Shown: positions 32,632 through 47,306 of the stretch, one piece after another
Numbering within the stretch: position 1 is the stretch's first letter
Layout: every line of letters starts with the position of its first letter
Source of the DNA: Escherichia coli
GTDB taxonomy: Bacteria; Pseudomonadota; Gammaproteobacteria; Enterobacterales; Enterobacteriaceae
Length of the DNA: 64,000 bases
Direction: 5' to 3' (one strand)
Assembly: GCF_001677475.2 (NCBI RefSeq)
Contig: NZ_CP015229.1
The notes under the pieces: generated by a model
The model's input: only the letters and a program-made list of their open reading frames with translations
Told to the model about the DNA's origin: nothing
Databases searched by the model: none
Translations under genes and position numbers: made by a program

Positions 32632-32719
32632 TATTTTCCTCCCGCGCTAAAGATCACATAATCTTAACAAGAATGTTAAAAACGCTGGACTCAGACAGTA
32701 GAGTGTGTGTTATGGTTGA

Positions 32720-32993
32720 CTATAAAGTCAGCGAAGGGAATGCTTCTGGCTTTTAACAGATAAAAAGAGACCGAACACGATTCCTGTATTCGGTCCAGGG
32801 AAATGGCTCTTGGGAGAGAGCCGTGCGCTAAAAGTTGGCATTAATGCAGGCTTAGTTGCCTTGCCCTTTAAGAATAGATGACGACGCCAGGTTTTCCAGT
32901 TTGCGTGCAAAATGGTCAATAAAAAGCGCGGTGGTCATCAGCTTAAATGTTAAAAACCGCCCGTTCTGGTGAAAGAACTGAGGCGGTTTTTTT
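32720..32993 (+). ncRNA. ryeA: RyeA (SraC) sRNA, antisense partner of SdsR; ends approximate
   Basis: Plus-strand terminator (accgcc...ggcggt then TTTTTTT, about 32955-32993) between pphA and yebY; a RyeA transcript opposite SdsR is established for this locus; 5' end not determined. Confidence 0.35.
32762..32864 (-). ncRNA. sdsR: SdsR (RyeB) RpoS-dependent Hfq-binding sRNA
   Basis: Minus-strand sequence GCAAGGCAACTAAGCCTGCATTAATGCCAACTTTTAGCGCACGGCTCTCTCCCAAGAGCC...GTGTTCGGTCTCTTTTT matches remembered SdsR including the terminal hairpin and U-tail. Confidence 0.75.
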
Positions 32994-33022
32994 ATTGGAA
33001 ATCAAAAGGCTATTTTAGGTAA

Positions 33023-33364
33023 TTAACAGAGTTTTTCAGCTCGTTCTATAAACGGTGCCAGACTCATTTTTTCGCCGGGATTGTTAGGATCATTAATCTG
33101 AATCACCGAAATGGGTTGGGCTTTAGTCTTCCCACTGGCAACTTCCTTTTGTGCGATATCGTTTAAAGGATACTGCACGAGGGTACTTGGGTTGATGACA
33201 TACAAAGCATTACCCGGTCGGCAAGTCAGCATCACCTCTTCGCGATTAAACGCCCATTTGTCTTTACCCACTTCAAAACGGCTGACGGTAATCACCTGCG
33301 GTGCAGCCAGCGCCGCTGCAGAACTGGTGAGTAACAGAAACGCCAGAATACTTTTTTTCATCAT
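33023..33364 (-). CDS. yebY: Periplasmic protein YebY
   Basis: 113-aa ORF with signal peptide [20 protein letters not shown]. Confidence 0.8.
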   Translation of the reverse strand: MMKKSILAFLLLTSSAAALAAPQVITVSRFEVGKDKWAFNREEVMLTCRPGNALYVINPSTLVQYPLNDIAQKEVASGKTKAQPISVIQINDPNNPGEKMSLAPFIERAEKLC

Positions 33365-33376
33365 TTTCGTAATCCA

Positions 33377-34249
33377 TCAAAAAGGTTCGAGAGTCGCAAG
33401 CAGGCTGATGATCACCAGCACTACCGCACCTATCGCCCATTCGAGTTTAGTCATCCACACAAACCAGGGAGCCGCACGATCCTCATCCTGCCTCATGCGC
33501 GGTACAAGAACATAACGATTAGCCAGCGCGATGACCACCATAATCATCACCAGGATGGCTTTGAGCAATAAGAGTTGGCCCCAGTAAGTCGTAAGCGTGG
33601 GGGGAAATCCGGTAATCAACAATGCATTAAGCACGCCGCTTGCCAGTACGCCGATCACCGCAAAATGCCCGCACCAGGAAAAACGCATCAGCGCCTGAAT
33701 AGCCTGGTGTCGCCAACGGCCTTTAATGAGTTGCATACACCAGAGCACCGGCAGTAATCCCCCAAACCACGCCGCCGCACAAATCAGGTGAATCGCGTGA
33801 TTAGTCTGATGGATTTTCGCCGTTACCCCTTCATTCAGCGTCGCATGCCCGACTCCCGCCAGCAGAATAAATTGCGCGGTAGTGAGCATAAACAGCAAAC
33901 GTGGCATATTCCGCGGTTGCATAAGGGCGACGATCAACGTTACGAGGGCGAGAACAATTTGCCATAACCAGACGCCACCAAACTGCGTTTGTAAAACAGC
34001 CTGCCAAATATTTGGCGAAAATACATCTGTCCATCCCGTTCCCATCAACCCGCCCTGAACAGCGAGCATTGCAGTGGCACTGATCAAGCTCCAGATGGCA
34101 GCGTACTGTTGTAAACGCAGAAAACGCTTCGCCAGCAAGCGACGAATCGTTAAGGGGGCCAGCCAGGCACCGTACATTGCGAAGCCAAAAACCAGCATCA
34201 GCGAGGTGAAATGGATAAATCGCAGCGCGATCCAGGTAAACGCCAGCAT
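33377..34249 (-). CDS. yebZ: CopD-family inner-membrane copper-resistance protein YebZ
   Basis: 290-aa polytopic membrane ORF directly upstream of yebY. Confidence 0.8.
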   Translation of the reverse strand: MLAFTWIALRFIHFTSLMLVFGFAMYGAWLAPLTIRRLLAKRFLRLQQYAAIWSLISATAMLAVQGGLMGTGWTDVFSPNIWQAVLQTQFGGVWLWQIVLALVTLIVALMQPRNMPRLLFMLTTAQFILLAGVGHATLNEGVTAKIHQTNHAIHLICAAAWFGGLLPVLWCMQLIKGRWRHQAIQALMRFSWCGHFAVIGVLASGVLNALLITGFPPTLTTYWGQLLLLKAILVMIMVVIALANRYVLVPRMRQDEDRAAPWFVWMTKLEWAIGAVVLVIISLLATLEPF

Positions 34250-34252
34250 GAT

Positions 34253-34627
34253 TTATTTCACGCTAAAGGTGTAGTGTCCTTTCGTTTTATGCCCATCCAC
34301 CGAAACAACATGCCAGTCAACGGTGTAGGTTCCGGGTTTCAGCGAATCGGCCAGTGGAACAATCAGTTGCTTTTGGTCCTGCTCATTCCGCTTCGCCGGT
34401 AATGTTTTAATATTTTCGTTTTTTGACCCCGTGATTTTTGCACCACTGAATCCTGTTTCAACGCCTTCCGAGAAGTTTAAAGTAATTGCCTGCGGGGCAG
34501 CTGTCACTTGCGCGTTTGCCGCAGGATACTGATGCGTTAAATGCGCATGTGCCCAGACGGAAGGTGTCACCAACGAAGTGGTCAGGATTGCCAGCGCGTA
34601 GCGAAGGGAGCGTGCAGTTGAAGTCAT
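34253..34627 (-). CDS. yobA: CopC-family periplasmic copper-binding protein YobA
   Basis: 124-aa ORF with signal peptide and CopC-like beta fold sequence (HAHLTHQYPAANAQ). Confidence 0.8.
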   Translation of the reverse strand: MTSTARSLRYALAILTTSLVTPSVWAHAHLTHQYPAANAQVTAAPQAITLNFSEGVETGFSGAKITGSKNENIKTLPAKRNEQDQKQLIVPLADSLKPGTYTVDWHVVSVDGHKTKGHYTFSVK

Positions 34628-34765
34628 ATTATCTATTCCTTTTTGTAATAACTTTTTTACAGAGCATAACCTTGTCTAATGTCTGAGTCGAGGATCATCA
34701 ATTCCGACTTGCCATCCAGGCTCACTCTTAGTAACTTTTGCCCGCGAATGATGAGGAGATTAAGA

Positions 34766-34996
34766 ATGCTGAAGAATCTGGCTAAACTGGATCAAACAGA
34801 AATGGATAAAGTGAATGTCGATTTGGCGGCAGCCGGGGTGGCATTTAAAGAACGCTACAATATGCCGGTGATCGCTGAAGCGGTTGAACGTGAACAGCCT
34901 GAACATTTGCGCAGCTGGTTTCGCGAGCGTCTTATCGCCCACCGTTTGGCTTCGGTCAATCTGTCACGTTTACCTTACGAGCCCAAACTTAAATAA
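34766..34996 (+). CDS. holE: DNA polymerase III theta subunit
   Basis: ORF 34679..34996 trimmed to [35 protein letters not shown] (76 aa). Confidence 0.85.
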
Positions 34997-35097
34997 AACT
35001 TATACAGAGTTACACTTTCTTACATAACGCCTGCTAAATTATGAGTATTTTCTAAACCGCACCCATAATTTGCAGTCATTTTGAAAAGGAAGTCATT

Positions 35098-35754
35098 ATG
35101 TCGTTCTGGAAAGTTGCAGCAGCGCAATATGAGCCTCGTAAAACCTCACTGACCGAACAGGTAGCTCATCATCTGGAGTTTGTGAGGGCCGCCGCCAGGC
35201 AACAATGTCAGCTGTTAGTTTTTCCATCGCTTTCTTTACTGGGGTGTGATTATTCGCGACGTGCCCTTCCTGCCCCACCCGATCTCTCGCTGTTAGACCC
35301 GCTTTGTTATGCTGCAACGACCTGGCGAATGACCATCATTGCCGGCCTTCCCGTTGAATATAACGATCGCTTTATTCGTGGAATTGCGGTGTTCGCACCG
35401 TGGCGAAAAACGCCAGGGATCTACCATCAGAGTCATGGTGCATGTCTGGGCCGTCGTTCCAGAACCATCACGGTGGTCGATGAACAACCGCAAGGTATGG
35501 ATATGGACCCGACCTGTTCACTGTTTACGACAGGGCAATGTCTGGGGGAACCCGACCTGCTGGCATCTACCCGCCGCTTACAATTTTTTTCACATCAGTA
35601 CTCAATTGCCGTGCTGATGGCAAATGCCCGTGGTAACAGTGCACTATGGGATGAACATGGTCGTCTCATCGTTCGCGCCGATCGTGGTTCATTATTGTTA
35701 GTCGGTCAGCGTTCATCACAGGGTTGGCAAGGCGATATCATTCCATTACGCTAG
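35098..35754 (+). CDS. yobB: Carbon-nitrogen hydrolase-like protein YobB
   Basis: 218-aa ORF MSFWKVAAAQYEPRKTSLTEQVAHHLEF. Confidence 0.75.
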   Translation: MSFWKVAAAQYEPRKTSLTEQVAHHLEFVRAAARQQCQLLVFPSLSLLGCDYSRRALPAPPDLSLLDPLCYAATTWRMTIIAGLPVEYNDRFIRGIAVFAPWRKTPGIYHQSHGACLGRRSRTITVVDEQPQGMDMDPTCSLFTTGQCLGEPDLLASTRRLQFFSHQYSIAVLMANARGNSALWDEHGRLIVRADRGSLLLVGQRSSQGWQGDIIPLR

Positions 35755-35777
35755 GCTTTTTCGGCCTGGAGCATGCC

Positions 35778-38524
<2,747 letters not shown>

Positions 38525-38705
38525 TTATAAGGGTGGCAAAACTCACCGGGGATGCAAGCGAAACAGGGTCGTCATTGCTTAGATGATGACAGGTAATGGC
38601 GCGGATATCGAATGTTATGCAGACAGAGAAAATCAGCCTGTTCAAATGGCTGTGCGGTTCTGGATAGCCCGAAATAGTCAACTTCAGGCTATCCAGAGAG
38701 CGGAA

Positions 38706-39365
38706 TTATTCCGCCAAAGTGCGTTTTTGCTGTTCGAGATCGCGTTCAATGCCTTCACGAACATCCTGGGGGATTTTCAGCGCGTCACCCAGTGCATTCA
38801 GGTAACTGCGTTCCATAAAATGGTCAATATCAATAGCCGCGCAGCTCAGGAAATAGATTTCCAGCGCCTCTTCTTCATTGCGGACCCCGGTAGCCAGGCG
38901 TTGTGGATCCAGCGGTTGTTCGATTGCCTGCTCAATGAGTACACGCCCCTGCTCTTCCACGCCGGCTTCACGCAATTGCAGGTCGATTGCCGCACGTTCT
39001 TTGGCATCAATATGACCATCACTTTTAGCGGCAAAGACTAGCGCAAGGATCAAACGTTCCGTACGCTCATCCAGCGGCGTACTTTGCGCGCCAAACTGCG
39101 GTTCGTCCTGATGCGCCGCGCGAATTTTATCTTTGTATTTATTCCACAGCACCGTACCCGCTACCGCTCCGCCGCCAACCAGCAACGCGTTGGTGCCATA
39201 TTTCGTAAGAAGTTTACGTGCTGATTTATTTGCGACCAGCAGCCCAGCCAGTCCGCCTAATGCGCCAGGCACTAAAAGTTTGCCCAATCCCTGATCCGCA
39301 GACGAGGAGGTAGAAGAACTGCTTTGCCCAAGCAGGGATTGCAGTTGATTTAACCAGTTAGCCAT
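38706..39365 (-). CDS. yebE: Inner-membrane protein YebE (DUF533)
   Basis: 219-aa [17 protein letters not shown]. Confidence 0.8.
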   Translation of the reverse strand: MANWLNQLQSLLGQSSSSTSSSADQGLGKLLVPGALGGLAGLLVANKSARKLLTKYGTNALLVGGGAVAGTVLWNKYKDKIRAAHQDEPQFGAQSTPLDERTERLILALVFAAKSDGHIDAKERAAIDLQLREAGVEEQGRVLIEQAIEQPLDPQRLATGVRNEEEALEIYFLSCAAIDIDHFMERSYLNALGDALKIPQDVREGIERDLEQQKRTLAE

Positions 39366-39577
39366 ATTTGCTCCTCAATAACCATTTTTAGTGCCTGTAG
39401 CATAGCGGATGAGGATGTCAGAAAATGTATATCGAGACAAAAGATGCGCAAATAAGCAGGTCGGCAGGCCGTTATTCAAAGAAATTCGCGCCAGGTAAGG
39501 TATTCACTGTATATCAGGTGATAAGGGTATTTTAGGTGAAAGTAATTTGACGTTTTGAGTGGCATTGTTTGATGCTG

Positions 39578-39666
39578 ATTGCCCGATGCGACGGTGTTGC
39601 GTCTTCTCAGGCCTACGATTGAGGTGCCTTGTAGGGCGGACCAGGCACTCGCGCCGCATCCGCCGA
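39578..39666. repeat. REP-like palindromic elements between yebE and yebF
   Basis: gcccgatgcgacg...gcgtcttctcaggcctac and ggcggaccaggcactcgcgccgcatccgcc resemble REP consensus. Confidence 0.45.
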
Positions 39667-39691
39667 CGGTCAATCGAATTATCAGAGGCCA

Positions 39692-40096
<405 letters not shown>

Positions 40097-40114
40097 TCAG
40101 GAGCGCAAGTTGCT

Positions 40115-40405
40115 TCAGGCCGCGTGTGAGGCATCTTCCTCTTCGGATTCAGCACCGACGACCTGTGGGGACGGTAATTTGCCGGTTTTCAGAATGGTGC
40201 TAAGCACATCTTTTTGTTCTGCCAGCCATAGCGAAAGGGCTTCACGTTGCTCGTCTTCCATTTGCACTGGAGAATTTGTCAGCCAGGTGTCAAGCAGATC
40301 CGCCGTATCAAGCATTTTGTCATAAGCATCGGCTTCCTTTTTGCTGGTAAACGACATTTTCTCTTCGCCCTCACGAATGACTACGTATTTAACTTCAACC
40401 GCCAT
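40115..40405 (-). CDS. yebG: SOS-inducible DNA-damage protein YebG
   Basis: 96-aa ORF MAVEVKYVVIREGEEKMSFTSKKEADAYDK; LexA box just upstream. Confidence 0.8.
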   Translation of the reverse strand: MAVEVKYVVIREGEEKMSFTSKKEADAYDKMLDTADLLDTWLTNSPVQMEDEQREALSLWLAEQKDVLSTILKTGKLPSPQVVGAESEEEDASHAA

Positions 40406-40424
40406 TTGCAGCCTCTCATAATAA

Positions 40425-40440
40425 CTGTGATTTTATACAG
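40425..40440. promoter_or_regulatory. LexA (SOS) box upstream of yebG
   Basis: CTGTGATTTTATACAG fits CTGT-N8-ACAG, 20 nt upstream of the yebG start. Confidence 0.6.
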
Positions 40441-40538
40441 TATATTTCTTTTTGGTTGGGAAATCAACATCAGCGATAAAGACACGCGCAAACGTTTTCG
40501 TTTATACTGCGCGCGGAATTAATCAGGGGATATTCGTT

Positions 40539-41717
40539 ATGACGTTATTAGGCACTGCGCTGCGTCCGGCAGCAACTCGCGTGATGTTATTAGGCTCCGG
40601 TGAACTGGGTAAAGAAGTGGCAATCGAGTGTCAGCGTCTCGGCGTAGAGGTGATTGCCGTCGATCGCTATGCCGACGCACCAGCCATGCATGTCGCACAT
40701 CGCTCCCATGTCATTAATATGCTTGATGGTGATGCATTACGCCGTGTGGTTGAACTGGAAAAACCACATTATATCGTGCCGGAGATCGAAGCTATTGCCA
40801 CCGATATGCTGATCCAACTTGAAGAGGAAGGACTGAATGTTGTCCCCTGCGCGCGCGCAACGAAATTAACGATGAATCGCGAGGGTATCCGTCGCCTGGC
40901 GGCAGAAGAGCTGCAGCTGCCCACTTCCACTTATCGTTTTGCCGATAACGAAAACCTTTTCCGCGAGGCGGTTGCTGAAATCGGCTATCCCTGCATTGTT
41001 AAACCGGTGATGAGTTCCTCCGGCAAGGGGCAGACGTTTATTCGTTCTGCAGAGCAACTTGCTCATGCATGGGAGTACGCTCAGCAAGGCGGTCGCGCCG
41101 GAGCGGGCCGCGTAATTGTTGAAGGCGTCGTTAAGTTTGATTTCGAAATTACCCTGCTAACCGTCAGCGCGGTGGATGGCGTCCATTTCTGTGCACCGGT
41201 AGGTCATCGCCAGGAAGATGGCGACTATCGTGAATCCTGGCAACCACAGCAAATGAGCCAGCTGGCTTTGGAACGTGCGCAAGAGATTGCCCGTAAAGTG
41301 GTGCTGGCACTGGGCGGTTATGGGCTGTTTGGTGTCGAGCTGTTTGTCTGTGGTGATGAGGTGATTTTCAGTGAGGTCTCCCCTCGCCCACATGATACCG
41401 GGATGGTGACGTTAATTTCTCAGGATCTCTCGGAGTTTGCCCTGCATGTGCGAGCCTTGCTCGGACTTCCGGTTGGCGAGATCCGTCAGTATGGTCCTGC
41501 AGCTTCTGCCGTTATCCTGCCACAACTGACCAGTCAGAATGTCACGTTTGATAATGTGCAGAATGCCGTAGGCGCAGGCCTACAGATTCGTTTATTTGGT
41601 AAGCCGGAAATTGATGGCAGCCGTCGTCTGGGGGTGGCACTGGCTACTGCAGAGAGTGTTGATGAAGCGATTGAGCGCGCAAAGCACGCCGCCGGACAGG
41701 TAAAAGTACAGGGTTAA
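40539..41717 (+). CDS. purT: Formate-dependent GAR transformylase PurT
   Basis: ORF 40452..41717 trimmed to [27 protein letters not shown] (392 aa); ATP-grasp fold. Confidence 0.9.
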   Translation: MTLLGTALRPAATRVMLLGSGELGKEVAIECQRLGVEVIAVDRYADAPAMHVAHRSHVINMLDGDALRRVVELEKPHYIVPEIEAIATDMLIQLEEEGLNVVPCARATKLTMNREGIRRLAAEELQLPTSTYRFADNENLFREAVAEIGYPCIVKPVMSSSGKGQTFIRSAEQLAHAWEYAQQGGRAGAGRVIVEGVVKFDFEITLLTVSAVDGVHFCAPVGHRQEDGDYRESWQPQQMSQLALERAQEIARKVVLALGGYGLFGVELFVCGDEVIFSEVSPRPHDTGMVTLISQDLSEFALHVRALLGLPVGEIRQYGPAASAVILPQLTSQNVTFDNVQNAVGAGLQIRLFGKPEIDGSRRLGVALATAESVDEAIERAKHAAGQVKVQG

Positions 41718-41772
41718 ACCCGGCAAAAAAATGCTACAAAAATGCCCGATCCTCGATCGGGCATTTTGACTT

Positions 41773-42414
41773 TTACAGCTTAGCGCCTTCTACAGCTTCA
41801 CGCGCCAGCTTAGTAATGCGGTCGTAATCGCCCGCTTCCAGCGCATCTGCCGGAACCAGCCAGGAACCACCGATGCACAGCACGCTTTTCAGCGCCAGGT
41901 AGTCACGGTAGTTAGCCGGAGAAATACCACCCGTCGGGCAGAAACGGACCTGGGAGAACGGACCCGCGATCGCCTGCAGGGCTTTCACGCCGCCGTTAGC
42001 TTCAGCCGGGAAGAATTTGAACTCTTTCAAACCGTAGTCCATACCCAGCATCAGTTCGGAAACAGTGCTGATCCCCGGAATCAGAGGAATAGTCCCTTCG
42101 GTAGCAGCTTTCAGCAGCGGCTCGGTCAGACCCGGGCTAATTGCGAACTGTGCACCCGCTTCAGTGACTTCTGCAAGCTGCTGTGGATTCAGCACCGTAC
42201 CGGCACCCACAATTGCTTCAGGCACTTCTTTGGCGATAGCACGGATAGCGTCAACTGCACACTCGGTACGCAGAGTCACTTCCAGAACGCGCACCCCACC
42301 AGCAACCAACGCTTTTGCCATCGGCACCGCGTGTTCCAGTTTTTTTACCACGATAACCGGTACAACCGGGCCGGTGGTTAGGATTGATTCTGCACTTGTT
42401 TTCCAGTTTTTCAT
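41773..42414 (-). CDS. eda: KDPG/KHG aldolase Eda
   Basis: 213-aa [26 protein letters not shown]. Confidence 0.9.
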
Positions 42415-42450
42415 CAGAGTTTTCTCTCGCCTGATTACAAATTTGTCGTC

Positions 42451-44262
42451 TTAAAAAGTGATACAGGTTGCGCCCTGTTCGGCACCGGACAGTTTTTCAC
42501 GCAAGGCGCTGAATAATTCACGTCCTGTTCCCACGCGTGACGCGCTCAGGTCAGGAATGTGCGGTTCGCGAGCAGCCAGTTCCGCTTCGTCTACCAGCAG
42601 CGTCAGTTCGCCTGTCTGTCCATTCACACGAATGATGTCCCCGTCGCGCACTTTTGCCAGCAGCCCGCCATCGTAGGCTTCTGGTGTTACGTGGATAGCT
42701 GACGGCACTTTACCTGAAGCGCCGGAGAGTCGTCCATCAGTAACTAACGCAATTTTGAAACACCGGTCCAATAATACACCAAGTGGCGGCATGAGTTTAT
42801 GTAATTCTGGCATTCCGTTCGCTTTTGGCCCCTGATGACGGACAACAACGACACAATCGCGGTCCAGCAAACCCGCTTCAAAGGCCGGCATAACGTCATG
42901 CTGGCTTTCAAAAACAACCGCTGGCGCTTCAATCACCTGGTTCTCAACCGGCACGGCAGAGGTTTTCATAACCGCACGGCCCAGGTTACCGCTTAACACT
43001 TTTGTCCCACCATGATGAGAGAAAGGTTGTTCGAAGGAAGCGATCACATTGCTGTCGAGTGATTTTTCCGCCCCTTCCCGCCAGTCCAGTTCACCATTAT
43101 TCAGCCATGGTTCAAGGGTATAACGAGACAGACCAAAGCCTGCCACCGTATTGACATCTTCATGCAGCAGGCCTGCTTTGAGCAGTTCACGCACCAGAAC
43201 CGGTACGCCACCTGCCGCCTGGAAGTGGTTAATATCGGCCGGACCGTTCGGGTAGAGACGTGCCATCAGCGGTACAACATCAGAAAGGTCAGAGAAGTCA
43301 TCCCAGTTAATCTGAATACCGGCCGCGCGCGCCATCGCCACCAGGTGCATGGTGTGGTTAGTGGAACCACCGGTCGCCAGCAGTGCAACGATACCGTTCA
43401 CCACCACTTTCTCATCGATCATCTTACCGATCGGCATCCATTCATTACCATTACCGGTCATGCGTGTAACCTGACGCGCAGCGGCAGCGGTCAAAGCATC
43501 GCGCAGCGGAGAATCCGGATGAACAAAAGAAGAGCCTGGCAACTGCATCCCCATAAACTCCACCACCATCTGGTTGGTGTTGGCAGTACCGTAGAAAGTA
43601 CATGTTCCCGGCGCATGATAAGAAGCGGCTTCTGATTCCAGTAGTGCCATGCGGTCCACTTTACCTTCGGCATAAAGCTGGCGAATACGCACTTTTTCTT
43701 TATTTGGCAAACCGCTTGCCATCGGTCCAGACGGCACAAACACCGCAGGCAAATGACCAAACGATAGGGCTGCCATCGTCAGACCCGGGACAATCTTGTC
43801 GCATACACCGAGGAACAGAGCACCATCAAACATGTTATGGGACAGCCCCACCGCCGCAGACATCGCAATCACTTCGCGGCTTAACAGCGACAATTCCATT
43901 CCATCCTGCCCCTGGGTGACACCATCACACATCGCCGGAACACCACCCGCAACCTGACCAACCGCATTCGCTTCATGCAGGGCTTTACGAATGATTTCTG
44001 GATAGTGTTCATAAGGCTGGTGTGCGGAGAGCATGTCGTTATAGGAGGTGATGATGGCGATATTGTTACGCAACATGCTTTTCAAAGAGGCTTTGTCTTC
44101 TGGCTGGCAGGCAGCGAAACCGTGTGCCAGGTTACCGCATGCCAACTGCGAACGATGAACAGTCGAAGTTTTCGCTTGTTCTATCCGGGCGAGGTAAGCA
44201 GAGCGAGTCTCGCGCGAACGTTCAATGATTCGATTTGTTACGCGTAACAACTGTGGATTCAT
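42451..44262 (-). CDS. edd: Phosphogluconate dehydratase Edd
   Basis: 603-aa ORF of the IlvD/Edd dehydratase family. Confidence 0.9.
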   Translation of the reverse strand: MNPQLLRVTNRIIERSRETRSAYLARIEQAKTSTVHRSQLACGNLAHGFAACQPEDKASLKSMLRNNIAIITSYNDMLSAHQPYEHYPEIIRKALHEANAVGQVAGGVPAMCDGVTQGQDGMELSLLSREVIAMSAAVGLSHNMFDGALFLGVCDKIVPGLTMAALSFGHLPAVFVPSGPMASGLPNKEKVRIRQLYAEGKVDRMALLESEAASYHAPGTCTFYGTANTNQMVVEFMGMQLPGSSFVHPDSPLRDALTAAAARQVTRMTGNGNEWMPIGKMIDEKVVVNGIVALLATGGSTNHTMHLVAMARAAGIQINWDDFSDLSDVVPLMARLYPNGPADINHFQAAGGVPVLVRELLKAGLLHEDVNTVAGFGLSRYTLEPWLNNGELDWREGAEKSLDSNVIASFEQPFSHHGGTKVLSGNLGRAVMKTSAVPVENQVIEAPAVVFESQHDVMPAFEAGLLDRDCVVVVRHQGPKANGMPELHKLMPPLGVLLDRCFKIALVTDGRLSGASGKVPSAIHVTPEAYDGGLLAKVRDGDIIRVNGQTGELTLLVDEAELAAREPHIPDLSASRVGTGRELFSALREKLSGAEQGATCITF

Positions 44263-44383
44263 AAAGGCTCCTGAAATTGAGTTGTCAGAGCAGGATGATT
44301 CACAACGCGTTTCATTCAGCGGATTTATGACTGAAACGCCTGTAACCGGAGCTCATAGGGCAAAAACGTTTCAGTCAGTGTAA

Positions 44384-44418
44384 TAAAAAAAGCCTCGTGG
44401 GTGAATCCACACGAGGCC
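44384..44418 (-). terminator. Rho-independent terminator after zwf
   Basis: Stem gcctcgtg/cacgaggc with T-run on minus strand. Confidence 0.6.
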
Positions 44419-44496
44419 TGAAAGTGTAAAAATTGTTCTACAATCTGTGCAAGATCATGTTACCGGTAAAATAACCATAAAGGATAAGCGCAGATA

Positions 44497-45972
44497 TTAC
44501 TCAAACTCATTCCAGGAACGACCATCACGGGTAATCATCGCCACCGAGGCAACGGGTCCCCAGGTTCCGGCCTGATACGGTTTTGGCGCATCATTGTCCA
44601 TCGCCCACGCCTCAGTAATGGAGTCTACCCATTTCCAGGCTTCTTCCACTTCATCGCGACGTACAAACAGTGCCTGAATACCACGCATGGTTTCCAGCAG
44701 CAAACGTTCATAGGCATCCGCCAGATGCGTCTGATTAAAGGTTTCTGAATAGCTCAGATCCAGCTTGGTGATTTGCAGGTTATGTTTGTGGTCAAGACCA
44801 GGAACTTTATTCAGTACCTGGATATCCACGCCTTCATCAGGTTGCAGACGGATAGTCAGTTTATTCTGCGGCAGATCCTGCCACGACTCTTTAAACAGAT
44901 TCAGTTCAGGTGTTTTGAAATAGACCACGACTTCAGAACATTTGGTCGGCAGACGTTTACCAGTACGCAGGTAGAATGGCACACCGGCCCAGCGCCAGTT
45001 ATCAATGTCGACGCGGATCGCCACGAAGGTTTCTGTATTGCTGCTCTTGTTCGCGCCCTCTTCTTCCAGATATCCCGGCACTTTTTTGCCCTGGGCGAAG
45101 CCCGCAGTATATTGCCCGCGTACGGTTTTTTCGCGTACGTTGGAGCGGTCGATACGGCGCAGAGACTTCAGTACTTTCACTTTTTCATCGCGGATGCTGT
45201 CTGCGCTCAGGTCAGACGGCGGAGACATCGCAATCATGCAGAGAATTTGTAGCAAGTGGTTCTGAATCATGTCGCGCATCTGACCGGCTTTATCAAAATA
45301 GCCCCAGCGCCCTTCGATCCCCACTTCTTCTGCCACGGTAATCTCAACATGATCAATGGTGCGATTGTCCCAGTTATTCACAAACAGGGAGTTAGCAAAA
45401 CGCAGCGCCAACAGGTTCAGCACCGTTTCTTTACCAAGATAGTGGTCGATACGGTAAACCTGGCACTCCTCGAAGTATTCGCCAACCTGATCATTGATTT
45501 CCTGCGAGGTCGCCAGCGACGTCCCCAGCGGTTTCTCCATGACTACGCGTGCCGGTTTAGCATTCAGTTTTGCCTCGCCAAGCCCTTTGCAAATTGCGCC
45601 AAAAGTACTGGGCGGCATGGCAAAGTAGTTAATGGTAATACGATTTTTTTGATCCAGCATCGCGCCGAGACGGCTGAATGCAGCAGTGTCATTGACATCG
45701 AGATTACAAAAATCCAGACGTGCACTCAGGGTGTCCCATAAACCTTCATCAATGGTTTCTTTCATGAAAGTTTCGAGCGCCTCGCGGACAACTTTGGTAT
45801 ATGCCGCTTTATCCCAGTCAGCACGCCCTACGCCGATAATCCGGGTGTCCGGGTTGAGCTGACCGGCTTTTTCCAGTTGATACAGGGAAGGCAGCAATTT
45901 ACGACGCGCAAGGTCGCCTTTCGCGCCGAAAATGACCAGGTCACAGGCCTGGGCTGTTTGCGTTACCGCCAT
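44497..45972 (-). CDS. zwf: Glucose-6-phosphate 1-dehydrogenase
   Basis: 491-aa [37 protein letters not shown]; G6PD signature RIDHYLGKE. Confidence 0.95.
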   Translation of the reverse strand: MAVTQTAQACDLVIFGAKGDLARRKLLPSLYQLEKAGQLNPDTRIIGVGRADWDKAAYTKVVREALETFMKETIDEGLWDTLSARLDFCNLDVNDTAAFSRLGAMLDQKNRITINYFAMPPSTFGAICKGLGEAKLNAKPARVVMEKPLGTSLATSQEINDQVGEYFEECQVYRIDHYLGKETVLNLLALRFANSLFVNNWDNRTIDHVEITVAEEVGIEGRWGYFDKAGQMRDMIQNHLLQILCMIAMSPPSDLSADSIRDEKVKVLKSLRRIDRSNVREKTVRGQYTAGFAQGKKVPGYLEEEGANKSSNTETFVAIRVDIDNWRWAGVPFYLRTGKRLPTKCSEVVVYFKTPELNLFKESWQDLPQNKLTIRLQPDEGVDIQVLNKVPGLDHKHNLQITKLDLSYSETFNQTHLADAYERLLLETMRGIQALFVRRDEVEEAWKWVDSITEAWAMDNDAPKPYQAGTWGPVASVAMITRDGRSWNEFE

Positions 45973-46309
45973 GTCATTCTCCTTAAGTTAACTAACCCGG
46001 TACTTAAGCCAGGGTATACTTGTAATTTTCTTACGGTGCACTGTACTGCTTTTACAAGCTTGCGAAAACTGTAAACGCTTATCCACCCGTGCGATTACGG
46101 TAAAAGCGCGCAAAGTGCGGCAAAACTGATAAAAAAATCATCGTTTTCCATTGGGTAAAAATCTGACACTGATCATGTTATGAAAAAAAATAACAACTTT
46201 TTTATCTGCTTTTGTCATTAACACAGCACACAGGCGTAATATTTGACAAAACTGCATTTCGGTTTCTTTCAGTGCGGAAATCGTCATTACCCGTGAGTCT
46301 CTTTACATC

Positions 46310-47179
46310 ATGAATATGCTGGAAAAAATCCAGTCTCAGCTGGAACATTTGAGCAAATCAGAGCGCAAAGTTGCCGAGGTCATTCTGGCTTCGCCCGATA
46401 ACGCGATCCATTCGAGTATTGCTGCTCTGGCGCTGGAAGCCAATGTTAGCGAACCGACGGTGAATCGTTTCTGTCGCAGCATGGACACGCGCGGTTTTCC
46501 TGATTTTAAACTTCATCTGGCACAGAGTCTGGCGAATGGCACTCCCTATGTTAATCGCAACGTCAATGAAGATGACAGCGTTGAATCATACACGGGGAAA
46601 ATATTTGAGTCCGCAATGGCAACGCTTGATCATGTCCGTCATTCACTGGATAAATCTGCTATCAACCGCGCCGTCGACTTGCTCACTCAGGCAAAAAAAA
46701 TCGCCTTTTTCGGATTAGGCTCTTCAGCCGCCGTTGCCCACGATGCGATGAATAAGTTCTTTCGTTTTAATGTTCCGGTGGTGTACTCCGATGATATCGT
46801 GCTGCAACGCATGAGTTGTATGAATTGTAGCGACGGAGACGTGGTGGTGCTGATTTCTCACACTGGAAGAACAAAAAATCTGGTCGAGCTGGCACAGCTG
46901 GCACGCGAAAACGACGCCATGGTGATTGCCCTCACCTCTGCGGGTACCCCGCTCGCCCGGGAAGCCACGCTGGCAATCACCCTCGACGTACCGGAAGATA
47001 CTGACATTTATATGCCCATGGTTTCTCGACTTGCACAGCTGACCGTGATAGATGTGCTAGCGACAGGATTTACTTTGCGACGCGGTGCAAAATTCAGAGA
47101 TAACTTGAAGCGGGTCAAGGAAGCGCTGAAGGAATCGCGTTTTGATAAGCAGTTACTTAATTTAAGTGACGATCGCTAA
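46310..47179 (+). CDS. hexR: RpiR/HexR-family regulator YebK (HexR)
   Basis: 289-aa ORF with N-terminal HTH and SIS domain; divergent from zwf. Confidence 0.85.
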
Positions 47180-47306
47180 AAGCGACTGTCACTGTTCTAA
47201 TCTTATACGACATCCGAATGAGATTAATTTATCGCCATCGCGGCGTTATTTCATTCGGATTTCATGTTCAAGCAACACCTGGTTGTTTCAGTCAACGGAG
47301 TATTAC

